The notes under the pieces were generated by a model, which saw only the letters and a program-made list of their open reading frames with translations, was not told the origin of the DNA and did no database searches. Below are positions 37,492-49,457 of a stretch of DNA of 64,000 nt, one piece after another; positions within the stretch are counted from its first letter, which is position 1, and every line of letters starts with the position of its first letter. The stretch lies in the NCBI GenBank assembly GCA_964270895.1, contig OZ185443.1; one strand, given 5' to 3'. The position numbers and the translations under genes are program-made. The stretch comes from Podarcis filfolensis (taxonomy: Eukaryota).

Positions 37492-39077
37492 AGAATCATA
37501 GAATCATAGAGCTGGAAGAGACCACAAGGGCCATCGAGTCCAACCCCCTGCCAAGCAGGAAACACCATCAGAGCACTCCTGACATATGGTTGTCAAGCCT
37601 CTGCTTAAAGACCTCCAAAGAAGGAGACTCCACCACACTCCTTGGCAGCAAATTCCACTGTCGAACAGCTCTTACTGTCAGGAAGTTCTTCCTAATGTAC
37701 AGGTGGAATCTTCTTTCTTGTAGTTTGGATCCATTGCTCCGTGTCCGCTTCTCTGGAGCAGCAGAAAACAACCTTTCTCCCTCCTCTATGTGACATCCTT
37801 TTATATATTTGAACACGGCTATCATATCACCCCTTAACCTCCTCTTCTCCAGGCTAAACATGCCCAGCTCCCTTAGCTGTTCCTCATAAGGCATCATTTC
37901 CAGGCCTTTGACCATTTTGGTTGCCCTCCTCTGGACACGTTCCAGTTTGTCAGTGTCCTTCTTGAACTGTGGTGCCCAGAACTGGACACAGTACTCCAGG
38001 TGAGGTCTGACCAGAGCAGAATACAGTGGCACTATTACTTCCCTTGATCTAGATGCTATACTCCTATTGATGCAGCCCAGAATTGCATTGGCTTTTTTAG
38101 CTGCCGCGTCACACTGTTGGCTCATGTCAAGTTTGTGGTCAACGAAGACTCCTAGAACCTTTTCACATGTACTGCTCTCAAGCCAGGTGTCACCCATCTT
38201 GTATTTGTGCCTCTCATTTTTTTTTGCCCAAGTGCAATACTTTACATTTCTCCCTGTTAAAATTCATCTTGTTTGTTTTGGCCTAGTTCTCTAATCTGTC
38301 AAGGTCGTTTTGAAGTGTGATCCTGTCCTCTGGGGTGTTAGCCACCCCTCCCAGTTTGGTGTCATCTGCAAATTAGATCAGGATGCCCTTGAGTCCATCA
38401 TCTAAGTCGTTGATAAAGATGTTGAATAAGACCGGGCCCAAGACAGAACCCTGTGGCACCCCACTAGTCACTCTTCTCCCGGATGAAGAGGAACCATTGA
38501 TGAGCACCCTTTGGGTTCGGTCAGTCAGCCAGTTACAAATCCACTGAGTGGTAGCATAGTCAAGACCGCATTTTACCAGCTTCTTTACAAGAATATCATG
38601 GGGCACCTTGTCAAATGCCTTGCTGAAATCAAGGTAGGCTACATCCACTGTGTTCCCTTCATCTACCAGGCTTGTAATTCTGTCAAAAAACGAGATCAGG
38701 TTAGTCTGACATGACTTATTTTTCAGAAATCCATGCTGACTATTGGTGATCACAGCATTCCTTTCTAGGTGCTCACAGACTGTTTGCTTAATGATCTGCT
38801 CCAGAATCTTCCCTGGTATTGATGTCAGACTGACTGGGCGGTAATTATTTGGGTCCTCTCTTTTCCCCTTTTTGAAAATAGGGACAACATTTGCCCTCCT
38901 CCAGTCTGCCGGGACTTCGCCTGTTCTCCAGAAATTCTCAAAGATGACTGCCAGTGGTTCTGAGATCACATCTGCCAGTTCTTTTAATACTCTTGGATGC
39001 AGTTTATCTGGCCCTGGAGACTTGAATACATCTAAACTAGCCAAGTATTCTTGTACTATCTCCTTAGTTATTCTGGG
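37492..39077 (-). mobile_element. 5'-truncated CR1 LINE (ORF2 RT and C-terminal part), inactivated
   Basis: RT motifs [28 protein letters not shown]; TAA just before FADD (38373-38375), TAG near 38283, +1 frameshift in a 9-T run near 38217-38225; (ATTCTATG)n tail. Confidence 0.97.
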
Positions 39078-40266
39078 TAAATTTGTCTTTAATTGGATTT
39101 TTGATGGTAGTATTGGGATTTTAATGAATTTTGCTGTTGCCTTTTGGAATGTTGCTGTGTTTGAATGAAGAGTGGTCTATCTATGAGACACATGGAAATG
39201 CCCTGAATATTTTCCAGTATGATCAGTAACTGAATGTCAGAGCAATCCAGCTTTCCCTCCCGCAAGCTAGGCTGTGAGGGGTTTGGATTGAAAGGAAGTG
39301 ACCATATACTTGGCTCTCCCTGAGAGCAGGAAGTGAAGGTGTAGAAATATTTAAATTATTTTATTTCATGTTAAATCATTCCAGTGATGTTCATTTGTAT
39401 GTATTAATAAGGGGGGGATTTTAATGGTTTAGGCAACAGTCTTGAATATATTTCAGAGGAAGTAAATCTCATTGAACTCAATGGGACATATTTCTGAGTA
39501 AATATGTTTAGGATTACACTGAATGTCAGAAGAACAGATTTCACTAATTTGCTTTTGACTACTTTTAAACTTGCTTCTACTCTCTCGGGTAAGTAATGAG
39601 AAAGCTTTAGATATATTAATTGGTCATTTACATTCCTTTGTACCCTGAAGACTATGACCTTTTGCTGAAGCCAATTAAGATGCTTCAGAAACAGTCACAC
39701 AGAAACACCCTGTCTTGGTGATCTTTCTCAAGGCTGCCCTAAGGTTTGTGTTGGACTTTGTGATGAAGTGTAACTTAAAAAAAAGAAAAAAAATCAGTGA
39801 GGAGTCACCACATAAAATTCAAAAGCCCTGGTGAAAGAATGTTTAAAATAAATATTACCTATCCTATTAGAAGGATCAGTGTTAAAGGTATTATTTCCAG
39901 TAGATGACATCTACTTTTGACACTGGTAGCACCCTCAGTAGGGCCATGAAACACATTTCTCCCAGTGGAGTGGTTAAGTTCCTACCGAAGAAGCCATTTT
40001 CTCAGCTTTTAAGTGTAAGTTCATAGAGACATGGGCATCCCACAATAACTGCAGGGTCAAATGATACAACCAAACAGCTGAAACACCACAGACAGTATAT
40101 TCCTATCACAAAAGCTCGGACACAATACTTTTCTGTGGAGTCAGTTGACATGTGTGTGCATGTCATCAAATGATGAGATCTTGAGGGATAAACAGGCAAC
40201 TCACTCCTGTCTTGTCCAATGCAGCAAGACTGCTATTTCAGGACAGACAGAATGTTTATAACTTAC

Positions 40267-40363
40267 CTGTAAGAACTGGTTAAGGTTCTGTGCTGTGGAA
40301 ATATCCAGCCAATGAATCGCTTTCGGAATGCTGCCCGCAGAAACTAGGATGGAGACTATAATT
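40267..40363 (-). other. Candidate exon (R)IIVSILVSAGSIPKAIHWLDISTAQNLNQFLQ (alternative acceptor at 40355)
   Basis: Acceptor atattttgcag|, consensus donor CAG|gtaagt; one open frame. Confidence 0.4.
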
Positions 40364-40920
40364 CTGCAAAATATCATGATGGATCTTATTAACTTAAGGC
40401 ACTCTACCACAACAGTGCCTTTAACATGGGAGGAGGAATGTTTGAGGGTAGTTATAGAAAGGAGTCTTCAGTTTTCCAACCATTATCCAAAAATTTTAGA
40501 TAACCCATTCAAATTATGATTGGCTATAATTATTTTGCATTCCATGTGTGTGGAGAGCACAAGGGCCTTTGTAGGATGGAGGCAACCTGTTTAGAAGCAT
40601 GTCCTGACAACGCCTTGGAAAATAGCCCAGAAACAATGTCCTTTTTCTTCCCACATGCCATTCTTGATGGCTCCATAAGCCAAAGCTCTGTAAAGTTTTA
40701 ATGTGAATTATATATTTTTTAAAAACGGGCTTGCTACTTGGGAGCATTTCAGAGCAGAGAGAGCACTTTTCCTTGCTGGTTGCCATACTGTAAAAATAAT
40801 CCACTTATATGGCTTTTCTCAAAGTAGTGCATAAGCTCACATTCTATTCCTTACAATTACTTCCTTGAAGAGTAAGCTGTCCTCATTGTTAATCACATCA
40901 CTGGGAATGTTACTCATCAA

Positions 40921-41715
40921 CATAGAATAGAATCATAGAATCATAGAGTTGGAAGAGACCACAAGGGCCATCGAGTCCAACCCCCTGCCAAGCAGGAAAC
41001 ACCATCAGAGCACTCCTGACATATGGTTGTCAAGCCTCTGCTTAGAGACCTCCAAAGAAGGAGACTCCACCACACTCCTTGGCAGCAAATTCCACTGTCG
41101 AACAGCTCTTACTGTCAGGAAGTTCTTCCTAATGTACAGGTGGAATCTTCTTTCTTGTAGTTTGGATCCATTGCTCCGTGTCCGCTTCTCTGGAGCAGCA
41201 GAAAACAACCTTTCTCCCTCCTCTATGTGACATCCTTTTATATATTTGAACATGGCTATCATATCACCCCTTAACCTCCTCTTCTCCAGGCTAAACATGC
41301 CCAGCTCCCTCAGCCGTTCCTCATAAGGCATCGTTTCCAGGCCTTTGACCATTTTGGTTGCCCTCCTCTGGACACGTTCCAGTTTGTCAGTGTCCTTCTT
41401 GAACTGTGGTGCCCAGAACTGGACACAGTACTCCAGGTGAGGTCTGACCAGAGCAGAATACAGTGGCACTATTACTTCCCTTGATCTAGATGCTATACTC
41501 CTATTGATGCAGCCCAGAATTGCATTGGCTTTTTTAGCTGCCGCATCACACTGTTGGCTCATGTCAAGTTTGTGGTCAACCAAGACTCCTAGATCCCTTT
41601 CACATGTACTGCTCTCAAGCCAGGTGTCACCCATCTTGTATTTGTGCCTCTCATTTCTTTTGCCCAAGTGCAATACTTTACATTTCTCCCTGTTAAAATT
41701 CATCTTGTTTGTTTT
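40921..41715 (-). mobile_element. 5'-truncated CR1 LINE, same young subfamily as 37492-39077
   Basis: ORF2 C-terminal frame intact over the fragment; (ATTCTATG)n tail; AACAT at both ends. Confidence 0.97.
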
Positions 41716-41934
41716 AACATGTGCCACATATTTTTTTATTCTACTATCTGCAGAATTCAAGATGTCAAAAGATGGGCTTCTCCATCTGCATATGAGGATG
41801 GATTATCAAATTACATATCCTGACACAAAGATTAACATTCAGGGGCCCCTTCATTGTGCAATGGGGTCGCTCTATAAAATCACAGGGCAGCATATCCACA
41901 TAATAACTGTTGATGTCTGCAAGAGGGATGCCTC

Positions 41935-42472
41935 TGCACCAGGGGTGCCTTCTAGGGAGGCTGGGGGGGGGCTGAGGGTGCATAAAAATATGTAATGAAG
42001 GTACCAGGCAAGCCTCCCTGGGGAGATCATTCCACAAATGGGGAGCCACCACAGAAAAGCCCCTTTCTCATTTTGCCACTGCCTTTTGTGGGCCTCTCAG
42101 GGAGGAGGCACACAAATAAAGCCCTCAGGGGAAGATTTTAAGGTCCAGATCAGTTCATATGGAGAGAGGCAATCTTTGAGGTATTGTAATCCTGAGCCAT
42201 TTAAGGGTTTACAGGTCTAAAGCAGCACTTTGAATTGGGCCCAGAAACTAATTGGCAGCCGGTGCATTCAGGCCAGGATTGGCGTTATATGCTCAAACTG
42301 TCTTGCCTCAGTGGGCAACCTGGCTGCTAAATTCTGCACCAGCTGAAGTTTCTGAATCATCTTCAGAGGCAGCTCCACATATAACACATTGCAGTAATAT
42401 AGCCTAGTGGTTACCGGAACATAGACAATAGAAGTTAGGCTATCCTAACCCAGCCAGATGGGTGGGGTATAA

Positions 42473-42518
<46 letters not shown>

Positions 42519-42610
42519 CCCTGTCCAGACAGGGGCACATCTGGGCCACCAGCCAAAGCTGATGGAAGGCATACTGAGCCATTGAGGCCACCTGAGCCTC
42601 AAGCAACAAC
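41935..42610 (-). mobile_element. L2 LINE relic, fragmented, with a (TAT)n tract
   Basis: gggagatcattccacaaatggggagccaccacagaaaag..., gaggccacctgagcctcc; boundaries approximate. Confidence 0.7.
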
Positions 42611-42613
42611 AAT

Positions 42614-42864
42614 GGATCCAGTGTGGTGTAGAGGTTAAGAGCAGTGGACTCGTAATCTGGGGAACCGGGTTCGCGTCTCCGCTCCTCCACATGCAGCTGC
42701 TGGGTGACCTTGGGCTAGTCACACTTCTTTGAAGTTTCTGAGCCCCACTCACCTCACAGAGTGTTTGTTGTGGGGGAGGAAGGGAAAGGAGAATGTTAGC
42801 CGCTTTGAGACTCCTTAGAGTAGTGATAAAGCGGGGTATCAAATCCAAACTCTTCTTCTTCTTC
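42614..42864 (+). mobile_element. tRNA-derived SINE (Squam3-type) with (TTC)n tail
   Basis: CCAGTGTGGTGTAG.GGTTAAGAGC...GAACCGGGTTCG A/B-box head; inverted copy at 48994-49246. Confidence 0.9.
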
Positions 42865-44155
42865 TACCCACAAGCTACATACCTGCTCCTTCAGAGAGAG
42901 TGTAACCCATCAAGAGCAAGCAACTTCCCATACATCTGGACTAGGAAACCACCCACTAACAGTGCCTCAGTTTATTTGGATTGAGCTTCAGTTTGTTGGC
43001 TCTCATCCAGTCCATTACCAAGGCAAGACACCGGTCTATCACATCCACTGCCACACCTGCAGATATAAAGGACAAGCAGAGCTATGTGTCATCCGCATAT
43101 TGCTGACAACGTACTCCAAAACTCCGGATAACCCTACTCATGTCTGATCATGTCTGCAAAAGAGTGCTAAACCTTCTGTTTATTTTATCCCAGTTGCAAT
43201 AATGTGTACAGCACTGTTAATGCTCTTTGTTTCCTTACTAACAGTATTGTTTATATGTTTTTATTTTTGAAAACACATCTTTAAAATAAATCTTTAAAAA
43301 AGCAGCTATATATGCTGAAGAAGTGATTTCATTCTTGTCAAGGAATTGGTCCAGCTGACCCAACATGTTCTTACAGTAAGATCCACACCTGGTCATGATA
43401 TTAATTTACTTTTTGCTGCCAAAATATTATGTGCTATTACTGGAATGTACCAAAAATACCAGCTGTTGATAAATGGCTAAAAAGGTTGTGGAAAATAGTC
43501 AGAGAGGGAGGGAGAGGAAGAATGCATTTGATGTGCAGATCAGAAGGCCTTAGAAATAGTGAGACATTGGATGCAATTCTGCTCCTACTGACATCATTAA
43601 CAAAACTCCTATTGATTTTAGCAGTGCAAGGTCACCACTTTTGTGCCTCGACTTTTTGTCATAATGGAATCAAGTCTGTAAAATCTTCCCACTTCTTTTG
43701 TGTTGTACAAATCACTTGAACTATTGGGGGAATAATATTGAAGTATGCCCATTAGATCTTGCTAAGAAGTTATGAGCACAAGGTGAATTACATGAGTATT
43801 ATGCTCAAAGAAGATGCTGATTTAACAATTTCAAGGGTTTCCTCTCTTTAAATTTTGCCAAATGTGGGCATAGCATCTCCTGTGTTACTGTTTGTACAAA
43901 CCAGATATCCAGCATTGCACAAAAATCTTTGTCACACTTAGAATGATCAAAGGTCTGGTTTGCACATAATGCTAAGCCATGATCAACATCAACCATAAAG
44001 TTATCCATATTTAATAAAGTATAGTTAAAGCTGAAGCATCCAGTAGATGATTCCCCCTACTTCCTTTATTAAAGAAGGCAGAAATCATGAGGAGCCACTC
44101 TTCATTCATGCCTCTGTAACTTTGGGCAGTGACATGTGCCCAGTGACAGAAGTAG

Positions 44156-44337
44156 CCCAGGTTCACACAGGACACTAAGCTATGTTAATGTTAACTAAGC
44201 TTTGCAAATGAGCTACAAACCTTGGTTGCTAAGTGACCTTTAACCATAGTTAATAAACCATAGTCAAGCTGTTGGACTTACAATCAAAAGACATGGTTTA
44301 ATAAACCATGGTTTACTGTTAAGTGTGAACCAGGCCT
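44156..44337. mobile_element. Old palindromic MITE-like element
   Basis: Termini ccaggttcacac...gtgtgaaccagg; internal taaaccatagt/aaaccatggttta repeats. Confidence 0.55.
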
Positions 44338-44416
44338 GAAGTGTTAAGCAATGGGAGGTACTAGTGTTCTACTCTTCTGCATTGATTCATGGCAGCATGT
44401 TATCTGGCTATTCAGT

Positions 44417-44419
<3 letters not shown>

Positions 44420-44458
<39 letters not shown>
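44420..44458. repeat. (CT)n microsatellite
   Basis: Direct reading. Confidence 0.97.
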
Positions 44459-44462
<4 letters not shown>

Positions 44463-45627
44463 AAGTCCAGAAAAAGATATCAAAAGGGTGAAGCAAAAGG
44501 GCTGATAAAAAAGCAGGTTAAGGTCCGTTTCAGGCAATCCAGAGGTGTTATACAAGTGCAGAAAGGAAAGCTAGTAGGATGATAGAGGCAGCTGAGAAGA
44601 CATTTTTCACTGCTTCCATTGTGTCCGCAGGTATCCTGGTTCTCCCAAGCAGTTCTCACAGCAGATGGTTGGCAAGCAGAATAATTAGAACTAGGTGAGA
44701 GTTATTGGGACACGTGGGAGCAGATGTAGGTGTTATTGTTTCTCCCCCAGATTCCCAAGTTCCCAATGAAAATATGTTGTGGAAGGGGGGCATTATTGGT
44801 TTTGTTTCATTGTGCATTTTGTGTTTTTTATATTGTATTTTTATGTTGTGAACCACTCTAAGATCTATGGATGAAGGGCTGTATACATTTTAAATAAATA
44901 ATTAGAAATAATAAAAATGGAAAGATTCCAAATGTGAACATAGAGAATCCAACAATAATTCTCCTCACTCCTGTTTACTTCACCCATCATTAGCCCTTGT
45001 GTCAATCATGGAAACATTAGCTGAATGCAAAGTCCAACCAAAACATATTCATGGTTCTACCTATTATCCTAAAACCAACTGGGCTGGTGAACTGATGTCC
45101 TAGCAAAGAAGTTGATTTCTCTCATTTGCTGTCCCACGGACTCAGTCTCTAGTTCCGTGGAAACCTTTGATCTCTTTAGTTTCTTGTTAAGCTTAACAAG
45201 TCAAACACTGCCATAAGTGGTACCTTAAGGCCTCACTGACTTCAATGGAACTGTAATTGGTTCTTAGGGTCAACTGAATAATAGAAACTTTCTTTACTGA
45301 CTTAAAGCAATTTTAATACTGTTAGTGCTGCAAATCTAGCAATGGCCTAGAGGGCTATATCCTGCATGCTATATCATCATCAACTACAGGAGCTGTAAAA
45401 TATAGAAGGCAGCCAGGAATAGTGCTAATTCATTTGCACGTACCAACTTGAAGGTACATTTCTTTGGGAGCACAGATTGTAGGCCGTGACCTACCCACCC
45501 TCCCTTCCTTCAAAAACACACAACAAATGTCTGTTCAGAAGCCTGGGTTTGTTCAGAAGCTTGGATATTTAGATATCAAAACTATACACAATTGTAAGGA
45601 ACAACATGAAGATGAAAATTTCCTTAC

Positions 45628-46100
45628 CCGCAAAAAGCAACTCAAACATCGACTCATAAAATGGTTGCTCACCCCCTTTCCTGGGTGGGTGGTGGCTGCG
45701 GCCTCCCCTTCGCTCCTAGCTGCCATCACCAGGTAGTTAGAGATCACGTCGCCAGCCAGATATCTGCGAATTCCCCTGGCCAGCCTGTCTGCTGGAATAA
45801 TTGCCTGCCAAAACCTTAAGTTCAAGTGGGTCAATCAGAGCCCCTTATTCCTGGTCAGAGCCTTGCTGGTTGGCTGAGCATTGTCTGCTTTTATGCCCAG
45901 ATGGCCAGCGATGAATTTAAGCTGGTCACACTTAACAGCCTCCACATGGTCAGCAAAAGAAGAGGAAGAACACAGAAGAAGCAGAAGAAGAAGAAGAGGG
46001 GAAATACATAGATCGGCACAGGGCTCAGTCAGGAACTGTAGCCTGGTCCAGTCCTTGTAAGGCTGTCCTGCAGCGAGTAGCTCAGGGGCTCACTCTTGCT
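45628..46100 (-). other. Candidate first exon / 5' region of a minus-strand transcript
   Basis: Strong donor CGG|gtaagg at 45628; locally GC/CpG-richer unique sequence; ATG in good context at 45726 (MAARSEGEAAATTHPGKGVSNHFMSRCLSCFLR) and a weaker ATG at 45649 (MFELLFA); 5' limit arbitrary. Confidence 0.3.
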
Positions 46101-46469
46101 TTTGCTTGCTCATGTTCATCTCGCTCTTTCTATGAATGTTGGTTCCCGCGCTTTCCCCCACTTTCTGACTTGGCTCAGGACTGAAGCCTACAACAGGTTG
46201 TGAATCTGGGGCCTGGTGAATATCAAGTGTAGAGTGAGCCAGTGCTTCTCAACCTTCTCTGCTCAGAGGAGGAAACTGAAAAGAGAGCAGCCATCATAGG
46301 AAGGCAACTTATTAACAACATTAGAAGTGAGTGAGTCAGATGATTGAACCTGTAGAAATGGCTCAGAGCAATGATCAAGTCTAATGCAAACTCACAGTGC
46401 AATACTATCAAACTCTGCCTGAGAAGTAAGCCCCACTGAGTTCAAGAGGGCTTATTCCAAGGTAGGGAT

Positions 46470-46812
46470 GGAAGGATCTGTCACTTTCAGTTCTCTCAGT
46501 TTCTCAAATATCCAATTATAAATTCAGCTCTCCAAAATCTGTATGAAAATTCACCGACAACTTGGTGCAAATTTCTCCTAATACAATTCAGTTGTGTACA
46601 TTTTCACTAATATATGCAATTTTAGTGACACATTATATCCTAGTAAATGCATTTCCGTACACATTACTTGGCCGGAGAACTGAATTGCAATATTACAGAA
46701 ATGCACATTTAAACCGATGCCTGTGTTTCAGTTTGTGCATTGTTTTAGAAAGTGTGGATGTGCTAGGTCTGTCTTTAAATGCAAATGTGATTTAATTTCT
46801 CCCCAATCCCTG
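46470..46812. repeat. AT-rich dispersed repeat (family of 37120-37490)
   Basis: Motif similarity by eye. Confidence 0.5.
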
Positions 46813-47807
46813 TTCCCAGGTAAATGAACATAGAATTGCAGCATTTATTTGAACAGCTTGGAGATTTGCTAATTGCAACAGCAAAGCTTCCACTGCATCA
46901 GCTATCCTATCAGATATTGTCTTTCTCGACAGCCAAAGATATATGTTTTTGGATATGATGCTGCATGTTTTGTAGTTTTCAGTCCAGATTCTTGCAAAGC
47001 ATTTCTGTAGCTAACTAATTTTTTCCTCGTTAGCCTCAGGGTGTTCTGCTGTTCTCATAACACGATACACATAATCTGCTGGTTGACAACACACCAGTAG
47101 GAAACTATTTAGAGGATGAATGAGGAAATTATATTTTACTCCTAAACTCATCTGCATAGCCATTTATAATAGCATGAATATCCATGACATTCGATATGCT
47201 AAATATAGTATGAAATGTCTGGGTTGTTTTCTTTTAATTTTCTTCAGCTTTTCTAACGCAGAAGGGGGACAGAGGAATGCCATACGTCAAACAGTGTTCT
47301 TGAGGGGATTAGGAGCAAATGTCTTCACTTAGGTTTGTTGCCTGTATTCTGGAACTTTGAGACTTGCTCTGCATTTGTTCCACCTGTAAAACAAATACAG
47401 ATTGCACAACACACGTGCCAGTTCTTAGAGGAGCCAGTTTCCTATGGGAAACTGCTCATTCCTACCATGCTAGTCTGTCATGCAACCAGAACAAAGAGTT
47501 ACACTCATTATTATTTGTTCCAGACAGAAAGAAATATTTTACTAGAACGTGGCGAAGTTGTACATGACCAGGTTCTAGGAACAGAAGGTGGATGAACAAA
47601 TGATATATCCATTCAAACAGCATGGTGGGACTTTGCCATCATACACAGACTTGAGCATGTGGACACATATTGAAAATGTGCATTTGAATGTGCAAGTGAA
47701 GGAGTGGGAGAACTTGCTGCTGCTGCACCCTCCATCTGCACATTCATGCATATGTGGGCAAAAATCCTAATGCAGAGCTTTCCCAACTGTGTCATGACAC
47801 GTTAGTG

Positions 47808-47943
47808 CAGTGTTGGCCAAACCTGGCCCTCCAGCTGTTTTGAGACTACAATTCCCATCATCCCTGACCACTGGTCCTGTTAGCAAGAGATGATGGGAGT
47901 TGTAGTCCAAAAGCAGCTGAAGGGTCAAGTTTGGCCAACACTG
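47808..47943. mobile_element. Short palindromic hAT-type MITE
   Basis: TIR cagtgttggccaa...ttggccaacactg; perfect 8-bp TSD CGTTAGTG. Confidence 0.9.
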
Positions 47944-48993
47944 CGTTAGTGTGTCAGCTGCAGTGTGTAGGTGTGTCACACAAATGCTCCCCATGCTCCT
48001 CCTGGTGCTGGAAAGGTGTTAGTTTAACCTCCGGTTTGCTAGTAAAACTGAATTCCTTGTGTCGTGAAATGATGGAAAACCGAATTCCTGTGTCACGAAA
48101 TGATGCATGTCTATAAAGTGTGTCACTAACATGAAAAGTTTCGAAAGCTCTGCCCTTATGTATCACTTTTATATCTAGATGCAGCAATGCTATGTAACAA
48201 GCTAATGAATGAATATTCTCCTTTTTAAAAAAACCAAGGCAATGGTCCATTGCTCGTGGTCCAAGTAGCACTGAATGAAAGCTATGGCTTTGGGAAATTG
48301 TAATCCTTTGTGGTAGCTGGTTTCTATCTGTGGGAATATATTTATGATACAGAATAAGGCCCCATATAATTTCAGAGAGCAACATAATGGGACAACTCCT
48401 GCTGTGAAGCTGAATCATTCCCACATCAGTCCCCCAGGCACCCACATGCATTTTTGCAGTGCAGCTGATCTCTTTGCTTCCTGCCCTACTTCCCAGAAGA
48501 CCCAAAGCCATGAGCAGTACCAGGGAGGTGTAAAGCTAAGGCTAAATTATGGGCTTTTAAAAAGCATCAAGGGAGGCCATAAGAGCCTCCCTGGTTTTAC
48601 TCATTCTGTGTGGACTGAGATGGGAAGCAAACGAGCATCGTGCAGAAATCTCTCTTCTGTTCCTCCAAAGGTTTCCTTCCCCTGTGAAAGAAGCTTCCGT
48701 TTTCTACCTCATTCTCAGGGCAGTTTAAGAATTTCTTCAGCATTTACTAAATTCTAAACTAAATGAGTGTGCTTTATCATTGCCGAGGGTGGTGTGTGTG
48801 TGTGTCCAGTAAACTTTTCTCCAGCTCTCCACAGCCTCCCCAGCTGCTCACATTTCCTAATCTGGGGGGGGGGGACACCTTTGGGTGGATGTGTCTTCCT
48901 CAGGACTTTAACTGAAGCATGGACACCTAAGAAGGCTGCAGAGTACAGACCACCAGATGGATGCTTTCTAGATTAAAGGAAATGTGACACATA

Positions 48994-49246
48994 AGAAGAA
49001 GAAGAAGAGTTTGGATTTGATATCCCACTTTATCACTACCCTAAGGAGTCTCAAAGCGGCTAACATTCTCCTTTCCCCTCCTCCCCCACAACAAACACTC
49101 TGTGAGGTGAGTGGGGCTGAGAGACTTCAAAGAAGCGTTACTAGCCCAAGGTCACCCAGCAGCTGCATGTGGAGGAGCGGAGACGTGAACCCGGTTCCCC
49201 AGATTACAAGTCTACCGCTCTTAACCACTACACCACACTGGCTCTC
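48994..49246 (-). mobile_element. tRNA-derived SINE (Squam3-type)
   Basis: Reverse complement of 42614-42864; cacataa on both flanks. Confidence 0.9.
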
Positions 49247-49264
49247 ACATAAACACTTCACAGC

Positions 49265-49457
49265 CACTGGCAGAGGAAGAGGAGTGTGGGGGGAGTGCAC
49301 CTCCCCCAGCAGCGCGATCCTAGTGGGGTGCCATCACGGCTGCCCCCCGCCCACACTGGGTGCCACGCCACTACAGACAGCGTGCCATACCCCCAGGACG
49401 TGTGCCAGCCCCGCCCCCACCTGCTCTCCACCCCCCGGTGCTGGAGCACCGCCACTG
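49265..49457. mobile_element. GC-rich hAT-type MITE
   Basis: cactggc...gccactg termini; 8-bp TSD TTCACAGC. Confidence 0.8.

Noticed and set aside
37568-41760. CR1 ORFs as an active reverse transcriptase system
   Set aside because: Both copies are 5'-truncated with no endonuclease or ORF1; the longer copy has two stops and a frameshift.
47954-48511. 185-aa minus ORF
   Set aside because: No recognisable domain, non-ATG start, no convincing splice boundaries.
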